A stretch of DNA of 64,000 nt from Squalus acanthias (taxonomy: Eukaryota): positions 65,348,001 to 65,412,000 of the forward strand of contig CM059438.1 in the NCBI GenBank assembly GCA_030390025.1, written 5' to 3'. Shown here one piece after another: positions 51,575-62,913 of this stretch. Numbering within the stretch: the stretch's first letter is position 1; every line of letters begins with the position of its first letter. The position numbers and the translations under genes were made by a program. The notes beneath the pieces are model-generated. The model was not told the origin of the DNA. It was given only the letters and a program-made list of their open reading frames with translations, and ran no database searches.

Positions 51575-52117
51575 TATTACCTTGGTCCCAGCTGGAGTAC
51601 TGCATTCAGTTTTGGGGACCACACCTCAGGATAAGTGTATTGGCCTTAGACTGGATGAAGCGCAGATTCACCAGAATTATACCGGGCCATAGAGGGTTAA
51701 ATTATGAGGACTGTTTGGATAGCTTGTATTCCCTTGAGGATAGGAGATTGATGGTTGATCTGATCAAGGTATTAAATGTTCTAAGGATTTGATAGGGTAC
51801 ATACAGAGAAACTATTTCTAATACTGGGGGAAATCAAGAACAAGGGAACATAATCTCAAAATTAGAGCTAGGCCATTTAGGAGGGAAATCAAGAAGCACT
51901 TTTTCACACATAAATTTGGAACTCTCTCCCCAAAAGGCAATGGATCTTGGGATGATTGGAGCTTTCAAGACTAATAGATTCGATAATTTTTGTTGGGTAA
52001 GGGTAACAAGCAATATGGAGCTAAGGTGGGTAAATGGAGTACAGAGCAGCCATAATCTCATTGAATGGCGGAGTAGGCTTGAGGGGCTGAATGGCCTACT
52101 CCTGTTCCTATGTTCCT
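51575..52117 (+). mobile_element. CR1 3' end
   Basis: QLEYCIQFWGPH...RRFTRII; TTCCTATG tail. Confidence 0.8.
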
Positions 52118-52424
52118 ACCTGATACCCTTGTTGGACCTCACTTCAGCTACTAATGCCACATAACAGTTTTTCACCTTTTTGCTCCAAATTTGCAATGTG
52201 ATGCTGGTGGCCCCAATCCAACCTCAGATATATTGATCTCTTCCGTGAGGGGGTCTCACATCGGCTCTTTTAATGTTGACTGCAGAATAAATGCAACTGG
52301 CACAATACCCGGACATTTATTTTCTGTTTCTATAACATATACTGCCTCCTTTATTGCCATTTTATTGTTGCGCTGATTGAAGAGAGCTAGCTGTACATCG
52401 GATATACTGACTGAATTTATTGGT

Positions 52425-52730
52425 ACGTTAGCCCAGTGGTTATTGTACAAGACAAGCAATCCAGAGTTCAAATCCCACCATGGCAATTTTTGAAATTGAA
52501 TTCAATAAATCCAGTAATTTGTGGGCTGGCACCAGCAAAACTGACAGATTGTTGTTAAAATCCAAATGGGTATTAATGTCCTTCAGAGAAGGAAGCCTTC
52601 TACATCTACCTGATATGGCCCACACGTGACTCTAGTCCCACACTATGTGGTTGACTCCTAATGCCGTCAGGGCAATTTGGGGCGGACAATAAATCGTGCC
52701 TTGCCACTGTCTCTCGAAGAACACATAAAA
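52425..52730 (+). mobile_element. tRNA-derived SINE
   Basis: TAGCCCAGTGG A box; GAGTTCAAATCCC B box. Confidence 0.65.
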
Positions 52731-52939
52731 AAATTGAAGCTAATCCCTTAAGAATACAATTCCTTCAACAAATGGTTGGAAGATACAGTGTAACTGTAAA
52801 ATGTGTCTCCATTTAAATGGAAGGTATATATAATTTTAGAGGATTTTGAAATCATTCCAGGTAGTTCAGTTTAGTTGCCAATAGATATAAGTCCATACAA
52901 AAGGATATCCTCAGATTTGATATTATTCTTGTATTTCAG

Positions 52940-53089
52940 CAGTCTTGCTCAAGAGAGTTCGTATCATTACAGAAGATTCCCCGAGGATTTTCTCACAGCA
53001 CCTCGTGGAGCCACTAAAGGGGGAGAGAGTTGCCATCAGTTGACAGTTAATGAGAGCTTCTTTGCTCAGATCACCTTCAGCAATTATAG
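52940..53089 (+). CDS. Candidate exon of an unidentified gene
   Basis: TTCTTGTATTTCAG acceptor, AG|GTAAGT donor, 150 nt, one open frame; no homology recognised. Confidence 0.28.
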
Positions 53090-53331
53090 GTAAGTTACCA
53101 AGCTCTGATGAAGGTTCTCGGGGGAAACTTTGCACCTTGATAAGATGGTCTGAGGGAGATGATGGGGGAAGTGAGCCTTCCAGTCCCAGAGAAACACCAG
53201 GACTGTAACCCAACTAAAAATGGAGGTTGAGTTATAGTTTGGAGTCGATTCATTGTCAGGGTTATGTTTACACTGACATCTGATTTACATATGGTGACTT
53301 AAGTTATCAGTGCAAAAAATGGAAACATATA

Positions 53332-54023
53332 GGACTAAAAATTGAGAAGCGCCCCATTTGGGGCGCTAACTTCGCCGGGGCACTACTTTTAGCACCCCTG
53401 AAAAATTAGTGTCCCCATGATGGAAATTGAGTGGTTGCGCCCCAAGAGGGAAGCGGGGCGCTACTGGAAGTGCCCGCATCCCTCTTGGGGTGCTGCGAGT
53501 CAATGTCGCGCGCAGTATTACAGGCCTTCCTCCCCTTCTTAAAGGGGAGGGGCCTTGCGCAGCACGACCCGGGGCCCAGCTGGGCCCCTGGGGATCGGGA
53601 GTGCTGGTAAAAGATCCCGGCACTCAAGAGAAGTGCCGGGCTCTTGGAGCACAGCTGGCACTCCGCGGGGCGGGGGGGAGAGGCGGCTCAGCAGGCTGGA
53701 GACGGGAGCGCAGGCAGGTGCTGGCAGGCGGCCAGCAACACAAATGGCCGCCCCGCACCTCACCTTTAAATAGCGCCTCCCCAGCCGTAGGTAGGCCCCC
53801 CTGACCCCGTCGGTCATAGCGTCCGGCGGTAAGTCAAGGGGCGCTCCCGAAGATCGCGGCTGGGGCGCGAGCGGGGTGCTACCGGTTAGCGCCACAGCCA
53901 ACCTCCCGCTGAATTTCACGGGAGGCGTGGGCAGCGCCGCGCCCGGGTGCTAGTTCCTTTGCGCCCCGTTAGTACCCTCTTAGGGCGCTAACGGGAGGCG
54001 CAAAGCAACCGAATTTTTCACCC
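53332..54023 (+). mobile_element. Harbinger MITE related to 41765-45924
   Basis: CGCCCCATTTGGGGCG subterminal motif; right end GGCGCTAACGGGAGGCGCAA..GAATTTTTCACCC; flanks ATA/TTA. Confidence 0.8.
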
Positions 54024-54149
54024 TTACAATTACAAATGCTTGTCAACTGTCACCCTATTGAGCAAACAAGCACATCAAAAGCCACGCTATACTCTGGCCT
54101 CTCCATTTAGTTAGATTTATAGATTTAAATATCAGCTAAAATCTAAAAA

Positions 54150-54378
54150 AAGAAATAAAAACAGAAAATGCTGGAAATACTCAGCAGGTCAGGCAGCATC
54201 TGTGGAGAGAGAAACAGAGTTAACGTTTCAGGTCGATGTCCTATCGTCAGCAAACGTCATGAGAGGTCATTGACCTGAAACGTTAACTCTGTTTTTCTCT
54301 CTCCACAGATACTGCCTCACCTGCTGAGTATTTTCAGTTTTTATTTCAGATTTCCAGCATCCACAGTATTTTGCTTTT
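54150..54378. mobile_element. Fold-back Penelope-like end (family P1)
   Basis: Inverted GAGTTAACGTTTCAGGTC / GACCTGAAACGTTAACTC arms. Confidence 0.75.
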
Positions 54379-55018
54379 TAAAAAAAAAAGAGAAAGCTGC
54401 ATTTGATTAAGATGAAGCATGAAAGTGAATGATGTTTGACGCCATACATAGCAATTAAAGTAAATTGGAAAGCCTCCCTAATCCTCGCCATGTTCTTCAG
54501 TTTAATAATGTCACGGTGGTGGGGGGAGGGGCTCAGAGCAAGCAAGGACTTGACTTGTTGATTTGTTTGTCAGGAGCAGTGTAATAAGGATGGGTCAAGT
54601 GGTATTACTGTCAGTAAATTCTCCTAGATCCATATGGCTAGTCTCAGAAGTGCACAGCTTAAAGGCTTCAGAACTGAACCATGATTGCCGGAAAAATCAC
54701 ACTGTTCCAAATAAGCAACCCATGACTTTAGTTTCTCTGCTAATAACTAATGTACTTGCCTCGTGAATCCTCCTCATGACCTGTACAGAGTTAACATCAT
54801 TGACAGCATCACTAAGAGCTGTTGGCTTCAATAACTCACAGGCATCAAAGATTTCCTTTGTGTGCTCTCTGCAACAAAATATTTTACCCTTTTTCTAAAC
54901 AACGGTTTTACGATTTCTTTACAACCCGGGCATGAAGTGGATGACTTTGCCCAACATACAGACCCAGCTCACAACATTGTCTATCTCTTGAGATTCCCCA
55001 ATCCCCATCATCAATCAC

Positions 55019-55204
55019 AAAAGTTATTTTAACCTAAGCCGCCCGACGGGAATCTGACCGGATCAGATCGGCTGCCATATTTACACCCCGCCCCATTTTA
55101 ATTTCCACTGACTTCAATTGTGAGAAAAATCGGGCGGGGTGTAAAGCAGGCGGCCAATCCGAACCCGCCAGCTTCTGCTGGGCGGGGTAGGTTAAAATTA
55201 CCCT
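55019..55204. mobile_element. Short Harbinger-type MITE
   Basis: TTATTTTAACCTA...TAGGTTAAAATTA inverted ends; GC-rich body. Confidence 0.5.
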
Positions 55205-56089
55205 CCCATATCTACAACATACATATTTAGACTGGGTCATTTTGATCAATGGCCTGTTTTTAAAATGCAGAATTAATGTTTTAAATTGAGATTGAAAAAG
55301 TTTGGTGGCCTTGGTTGTTCATTTTTTGAGCTTCTGTGAGCTGGCATGGTATCTGAAGCCATGGAGCCTTGTTTGGTGAAGACACCGTATGGTGTTCACA
55401 TTAAGGTGCAACTGTTGTTGAGAATGGGTATGAGAGTTTGAATCATTTTGGATGTGGAGTCTGGATTTTGTAAAAGTAGCGGTTAATGTAAAAAATTAAT
55501 ATTGTTTGCTGTGTTGAAGAATAGGCTTGAGAGTAATAGTTGCCTAGCTACCATCTTGGCCTCAAGAGGTGTTCAGCCTGGTTAGAACTCTATGCAGAGA
55601 AAATAAAGAGGAATGATAGCGAGATTTCACATCCATATTTCAATTTAATTTCTTTACTGGAACTTAAATATGTTGTTAATTTTGGCTTAGCAAATGGATA
55701 AGACAACGTTTAGGGCAGAGTACAATGAGTACAATCACCGTGGAATGAAAGGTCAATAGCTAGGCCCAGAGCAAGAGTAAAGACCACCACCACACTTAAT
55801 ATCAGAAAAGTATAACAGTATCAATGGTTCTATTAATTAGATAATGTTAGCATGAGGGAATATACTTTATTATTTGAAGTAAACTGATTAATTTTTGCCA
55901 CCACATCTATCTCATACTGATCCAGAGCAATTAAAGACATGACTGATTTTTGATACAGCATGTCATCTATTTTTAAACTGATTATTAATACGCATGGCAC
56001 AACATTTGGAACTACAATACAATGCTGCATGTAGGTTTGTGTCCCCAGTCCTCCATACTCCACCATTCTTTTTTTTTAATTAGTTTATG

Positions 56090-56875
56090 GGACCAGGGCG
56101 TCACTGGCAAGGCCAGCATTTATTGCCCATCCCTAGTTGCCCTTGAGATGGTGGTGGTGAGCCACCTTCTTGAACTGCTGCAGTCCATGTGGTGATGGTA
56201 CTCCCACAGTGCTGTTAGGTAGGGAGTTCCAGGATTTCGACCCAGCGTCGATGAAGGATCGGCGATATACTTCTAAGTCAGGATGGTGTGTGACTTGGAG
56301 GGGAACTTGGAGGTGGTGGTGTTCCCATGTGCCTGCTGCCCTTGTCCTTCTAGGTGGAAGAGGTCGCGGGTTTGGGAGGTGCTGCCGAAGAAGCCTTGGC
56401 GAGTTGCTGCAGTGCATCTTGTAGATGGTACACACTGCAGCCACGGTACGCCAGTGGTGGAGGGAGTGAATGTTTAAGATGGTGGATGGGGTGCCAATCA
56501 AGCGGGCTGCTTTGTCCTGGATGGTGTCAAGCTTCTTGAGTGTTGTTGGAGCTGCACTCATCCAGGCAAGTGCAGAGTATTCCATCACACTCCTTACTTG
56601 CGCCTTGTAGATGGTGGAAAGGCTTTGGGGAGTCAGGAGGTGAGACGCTCGCCGCAGAATACCTAGCCTCTGACCTGCTCTTGTTGCCACAGTATTTATG
56701 TGGCTGGTCCAGTTAAGTTTCTGGTTAATGGTGACCCCCAGGATGTTGATGGTGGGGGATTCGGCGATGGTCATGCCATTGAATGTCAAGGGGAGGTGGT
56801 TAGACTCTCGCTTGTTGGAGATTGTCATTGCCTGGCACTTCTGTGGCGCGAAAGTTACCTGCCACTTATCAGCCC
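56090..56875 (-). mobile_element. Jockey-group LINE 3' end (same family as 18212-19012)
   Basis: ORF 56133-56927: ADKWQVTFAPQKCQAM, YKAQVRSVMEYS, KSWNSLP. Confidence 0.85.
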
Positions 56876-57359
56876 TGGTTCTAGCTAGGTCGTTGTGCAG
56901 AGCTACTGAGCAGAAGCCAAGTTCCAAAGGAAAGGAAGAAAAAAAAACGGCATCTAATAGGAGGCAGTTTCAGATCAGCGTTGTTGGAGGTTAGAGAGCA
57001 GGTCACTAGCGTTACAGATGAAGATGGTGCTTCACACAGGGTAGTTCAAGCAAGAGAGAGAAAAAGATTACCCATTGAGAATTAGGTACAGGACATCTAT
57101 TGGCTGTGGTATTGATACCTGTTTTATTGACACTCTCACAGTGTGGCAGATTCTCATTTTCTTCCCACCTCATAAGATGGTGCTCATTTTGTCCATTATA
57201 GGTGAATGAAAGGCTGAATGAACCCAGCCAGGATTCAAACCATAAGACCTTCTGACTGGTTCCACATACATTGAGCTATCTGACTTCAGATTAAGTAAAA
57301 CGGAGGAGAGGCAATACCCGAAGAAGTGGGAACTCAAACCCAACAAGGATAAAAAGTAA

Positions 57360-58203
57360 ATAGAAAAATAAAATGCTGGAAACACTCAGTAGGTCAGGCT
57401 GCATCTGTGGAGAGAGAGAAACAGAGTTAATGGCCCAAAAATTAGTGCCGCTACGCGAGAGTACGCACTGTGTACTCTCGCGTATTCTGTCTCCAATTGC
57501 CGGTTTTCTGCATGCACTGCGCATGCGCTGAAAACCGGCACTTGGTAAATTCAAAAGGGGGTGGTTCCTAGGTGAACCGCGTGCGCGCTATAGGCTGCGC
57601 GCACGCAGTGCACTTAGTGCTTTGGACGCGCAGGTAAGCATGGAAGATTTTAGACATAAAGAAAGGAGGTGTAAGACCCTCTTTTAACAAGGTAAGTACT
57701 TAATTAAGTATTATTTTGAATTTTTTTAACAGGTATATCTTTTTTAGAGACTTTAAAGACAGGTAAGTTTATTTTTATAACTTTTTAAAAGATTTTAAAT
57801 TTTTTCAAAAATTTAATTTTTTGTTTAAAATGGTTAATTTATTTAACTATACTTATTTTATTAATGTGATGGTTTTTTAAAAAATTAATTGAGGTTTAGC
57901 TGTTCTTTTGGGGGGGTATAGTATTCATAGCTTTCACAGCCGTGCTGTGAAAGCTATGAATGAAAGATGGTGTGCTGCCATTGGCTCTAACTGAGTCACG
58001 TGATCCCACAGCTCGCACGAATTAACTACGCCTGTGGGATACGAAAGCGCTGCACAGCTGCTGTCCAGAACATCAAGTTCGTGCGAGCTCGGACTGAAAA
58101 AGCCAGCGCGCAGTGAGAGATCGCGGGAAGGCCTTACCCTCGCACGAAGGCTCACTCACTAATTTTTGGGCCAATGTTTCAGGTCGATGACTTTTCATCA
58201 GAA
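57360..58203 (-). mobile_element. PLE pLTR fragment split by a MITE
   Basis: GAGTTAAT|AATGTTTCAGGTCGATGAC. Confidence 0.7.
57432..58172. mobile_element. Harbinger-type MITE (family B)
   Basis: TIR GGCCCAAAAATTAGTG...CACTAATTTTTGGGCC; TSD AAT. Confidence 0.9.
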
Positions 58204-59334
58204 TTTTACAATATTATCATAATGTACAGCAAGTAGATAATTGAAATGTAATCCTTTTAAAGGCCATGTCCAATTTGCCCGATGCTGGACTCCACTCAAA
58301 CACACTCAGTCTCCTGAGGGAGGCAATCAGCCATAGCTAGATGTGCAAATGTCTCCCCGGCAGCATTTACTACATTTGATCATTGATGTTTACCAACATA
58401 ACTTCAGTTGTGTTCTTGTCCAGCTCTTATTTTAAAGGAGTTTACAGATGCAGCGTTAATTGCTTTTACAAGGACTATGTATCACACCCTCACCGTTCTT
58501 TGTGGGGAACAAAAAAAAACCTCTGCTCTTGGCTCACAGGAGGACTGGTGGATTTGTTCTCACGGCCCGTATTTTTGCAGTGGCAGTCGAAGTTTAATAA
58601 CCCACTTACCAGCACATTATCTCTGCCTCACTCATCATTTTAAGGCTTGCACTGTGCTGTGTTGCAGGATTGAGCGCAGTGAGCTCTTTCCATTATCCAA
58701 AGGTGATGGCTTCGAATTGCCAGTTCGCTTACTCAGTATTACTTTATCGTGAACTGCAGGTTCAGCCTGAAAGCACCCGGACTGTAAAAATCTCACAAAT
58801 CTGCAGAAAATGGAAACTCTTCTGGGTGAGTGACCAGGGTTGTGTCGTATTGAGACTGTGTGAGCGATGCTGCTGAGGCAGTCGTAAAAATTGAAAAGAC
58901 GCCTGGGATTATCCAACTGCTCCAAGTGCAACAAATCAGGCTGGCTAATCAAGCTAAGGGGACTTGAGTAATTAAAGGGTTCAATTGTTCAGAGGACATA
59001 ACAGCCATTAGAAGGCGCAATGGTTTGAATAATTGGAAGTCGGGCAATCAAGAGTCTGTTATATTTTATTGCTTGCATACAGAAAACAAAGTCAAGCAAT
59101 AGCCTTTTATGAGAAGTGTTATTTTTCATCTTTAATACACAGGTTAATCTTGCGTATGTAAACCTACGTCTGTGAAGAAATACTCAGCACTGGCAATTGT
59201 AAGAAAATACATATTGCAAAAAGCATTCATCTTATACAACCCACATAATTGATTTGCAGAAGTAAATTCTGAGTCAGTTTTTACTGAGGACAGCAGTCCT
59301 GCTCCAACCGATCTGGCTCAGATCTGGAACTGGC

Positions 59335-60070
59335 TGGACTGGACTAATAATCGCGGTGGAACCTGAGTTCAAATCCCACCATGGCAGCTTGAGAATTTGA
59401 ATTTAGTTTTAAAATAATCTGGAAATAAAAAGCTGGTACAGCAAAATGTGACCATGAAGTTGTCGGGTTGTCATAAGAAAAAACAACTGGTTCACTAATG
59501 TCCATTAGAAAGAAAGACTTGCATTTATATAGCACCTTTCATGACCACCGGGCGACTCAAAGCGCTTTGCAGCCAATGAAGTACTTTTGAAGTGGAGTCA
59601 CTGTTGTAATGTGGGAAACGCAGTAGCCAATTTGCGCACAGCAATCGCCCACAAACAGCAATGTGCTAATGACCAGATAATCTGTTTTAGTGATGTTGGT
59701 TGAGGGATAAATATTGGCCAGGAAACCAGGGATAACTAACCTGCTCTTCTTCGAAATAGTGCCATGGGATCTTTTACGTCCACCTGAGAGAGCAGACAGG
59801 GCCTCGGTTTAACGTCACATCCAAAAGACGGCACCTCCGACAGTGCAGTTAGGAAAGGAAATCTGCCGTTCTTAATTGATCTGGCTGATATGTGACTCCA
59901 GTCCTGCAGCAGCATGGTTGACTCTCTGTAGTGGCCGAGCAAGCCGATCAGTTGTATTAAACCATTACAAAAATGGACTGCAGTGGTTCAAGAGGAAGGC
60001 TTACCACTGAGGGCAACTAGAGATGGGCAAAAAATGCTGGCCTTGCCAGCGACGCACACATCCTGAGAAG
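59335..60070 (+). mobile_element. tRNA-derived SINE with a nested antisense Deu-type SINE (59508-59848)
   Basis: Outer SINE resumes TTAGGAAAGGAAATCTGCC after the insert. Confidence 0.7.
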
Positions 60071-60083
60071 AATTTGGAAGTCT

Positions 60084-61644
60084 TGTAGAATTCGCAAATT
60101 ATCGCGATTTCAAAATAATGAGAAAGAGACATACAGTTTCGTAAAAACAGCTTTATTTCAGCAAAATGCTGTCATGTTTCAAAACGGACACAAGCAGCCT
60201 GTAAAATGGCCGCCGCGCCTCGTGGCAGAAGGTTCCAGATTTTTCAGTAGGCAGACAAGATGGCGTTTCAATAAACATTTCAGCAAGATCGGACAGTGCT
60301 CAGCATATTGATATAAGACAAGACGCGATCGTTTTGCATTTTTAACACCTAAGCAAGAAATATAAGTGCTGGAATCGGTTTTCCATACACAAACAGGGGC
60401 TATTGTACTGGGCAATCAAGGGCCCATCCAAAGACATTGATACGCAAATTCCCCGCGGCTCTACGATGAGAGAGCCGTTCGCGGGTACTCACAGCAAGAA
60501 TTCGGAGGCCCCCAAAACCCCTCCTAGCCGGTTCCACAATGGGAGAAATATTAACGGGTACTTAGACAGTTACAAGTATCACCGAAACCCATTAACGACA
60601 AGAACCACCCCATACAAGAAGTTTGAGCGCCAAAACATGACAAAAGATGAACATTAAGTTTGGGCGGGAGATAAGGAATTAGAGTACTATAACTGTAGTG
60701 TCCAAACGCCCATCGCTCTCTTATCCTTTTCATTCGCTTGGAATCGTCTCTTGGCTATTATCCCGGACGACCGTTACTCCCTCTTGTTCCGCTGATCCCT
60801 TTTGGGGTCGACCTCGTGGCGCGCTGCGAAATCGGGTGCACTATCCCGAAGGTCGGTAAACAGTGTCTGGACCCGAAGGCCCGAGGAGATGAGATGAGAT
60901 GAGATGAGAAGAGAAGAAGAAGAATCCACGTGCCGCCGCGGTCAGTAAACCCCGACCGCGCCCGTAAATATAAAGACCATTTTTGAACTCTACAGGTTAC
61001 TGCATGAACTGGTCAAAGACTTTTCTTTGAGTTCTACAGCCGGGCCCGAGCACTGTCGAGTTCTTCATGACAACAGGGAGCCCAGCCTGCTTGCAGCAGC
61101 AGAGCAAGTAAACAAGTGGGGTACAGAGACCCCTGATCAACACGTGAATAGTCAGGTGCTGTGGCGAAAACATCCGAGCATCGTTTTAGAATTCTCCGAG
61201 TTATCACGAGTGGTGAGCATGGTTCTCGATCCTACAGATCTAGATTAGGACAGGTATTAATAGGAGAGGGTTTTGTTTTAAGGATAATTATAATGTGTGT
61301 CCCCTTTTACGATGTGTCGTGCGCTCCTCGTTTCCCTAAACCTAGTTTCCTAAATGTATGTAAGCTTGTACTGTCATTAATCTGTGCTTATGACATGTAT
61401 TTCGTAATCTTGAACAATATGCAATAAAGATTTTCCATTTCGTACTATTCAACCGGGTCTACCTGAGTTTTCTCTGCATTACTGCTCTCGCACCTAAGTC
61501 CAGTGTCAGAACAGTAAGGGCAAGTAGGTCGAACCACTCACAGGTGTCTAGTGCTACCAGGCTGGCTGGAGACCAGAACAGGCAACAAGGCCTAACCCCA
61601 CACTAGCACCCAGGCTAAGCACAGATCCACGCGAACCCCTTACA
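60084..61644 (+). mobile_element. 5' LTR (~1561 bp) of an ERV-like element
   Basis: TGTA...TACA; TATAAA ~60969; AATAAA 61423; followed by a PBS. The partner LTR is outside the window, so the start is inferred. Confidence 0.72.
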
Positions 61645-61649
61645 GGAAA

Positions 61650-61666
61650 TGGCGACCACGGAGGGA
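61650..61666 (+). promoter_or_regulatory. Primer-binding site, tRNA-Arg(UCG)-like
   Basis: TGGCGACCACGGAGGGA, 5 nt after the LTR end; complementary to an ...UCCCUCCGUGGUCGCCA tRNA 3' end; isotype from recall. Confidence 0.7.
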
Positions 61667-61702
61667 CACTGGCAGCGAGAAAGTAATGTGTTAGACCCTG
61701 GT

Positions 61703-62913
61703 ATGAATGGGCGAAATGTTATGGAAGAGAGAATAGCTGATTATGTTTTTGGGAAGGTTAATTTGACTAAGAGATGGATAAGCGACCTGCTGGTGGATAA
61801 GCGTCCGCTAGACGCAGCCATCAGGTGGACAGGTAGCAAAGAACACAAAAAATCGGTAGAGAAAGCGGTTTGGCTGATGTGTTATAAAAAGCAAGTCCAG
61901 GTTTCGGACCAGGTCATCGTAGCGCAGGCAGCTCAGATCAAGGGTTTGGAGGTGGAGATGGAAGAAAAGGTCGTGGGGGGGCAGCGGGGGATCTCCTCAG
62001 CCAGCTTGTGTTGCCGCACAATGCACACCAGCTGAGGGCTATGATCAGTCACGTACGGAAGCTGTCCGAGTCAGACAACCCTTCCGTACATTTCAGGGAG
62101 GTAGAGCAGACCGCAGCCATTAACGGCTGCGACGATGGGGAAAGGGCTAAAATGCTGCTGTTCTCCTTAGACAGCTCGATCCTCCAGTGTCTCTCAGACG
62201 CGAGCAAAAGGGGTAATAGGACCTATGAGGAGTTAAGAGAGGAGGTCCTAGAAGTGTTGGGGGCGGACGACGAAGGTCCGTTTGTTAGATTGGGACAGAC
62301 TATGCAGATGGAGGGAGAACCCCCGAAGGTTTTCGCCGACAGGCTGTGGCCGGTATATCAGCGTAGCTGCCCAGGTGCGCCCGCGCGCGCCTATCTGGGC
62401 GGTGTCAGTTTAACTCACTGGCTCAGGTGTTTAGTAGCCAACAGTTTGCCAGCCGTCAGGGAGCGGGCAAAAGTGTGGATTGACCCCACTAACCCCATCA
62501 CAACTGAGGAGTCGGTCTTAAACCAACTCACGGTAGGGTACCGTAATACTAGGAGTACGGGAGCGCGTCCCCTTAAGGGAAAGGTGCATGAGGCACGGCC
62601 CGCCGCCCCGGCTCAAAAGGAGTGGCATCAGGAGGGAAATCGCGTCCCACAAGCCAGTAATGCTTGTTTCGGGTGCGGAAAGACAGGGCACTGGCGCAAG
62701 AACTGCAGGAACCCTTGGAAGGAGTCCAGGGATAAAAATCCCGCAGCCCGAGCCCAGGCGCCTGCCTCCGATAAGGGAGCTGGTGTGCATATCCATCCCG
62801 ATGCGATAGAATCAATGCTGGGAGCCATGCGGTCTCTCATGATTTCGCAAGGAAGGGTGGCAGTCGCTACCGGCCCCGCAGATGCCGCAGCCCCGTCCGT
62901 CGGTACCCAATGA
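61703..62913 (+). pseudogene. gag: gag with a frameshift near the G run at 61975-61981
   Basis: Capsid-like region; zinc knuckle CFGCGKTGHWRKNC; ends TGA-CTAG. Confidence 0.85.

Noticed and set aside
54235-54290. Functional hammerheads in the 54.2 kb fold-back
   Set aside because: Catalytic core or helix I is disrupted in both arms
61649-61702. Gag start at ATG 61649
   Set aside because: Overlaps the PBS; the in-frame ATG at 61703 is more plausible, though 61649 is not excluded
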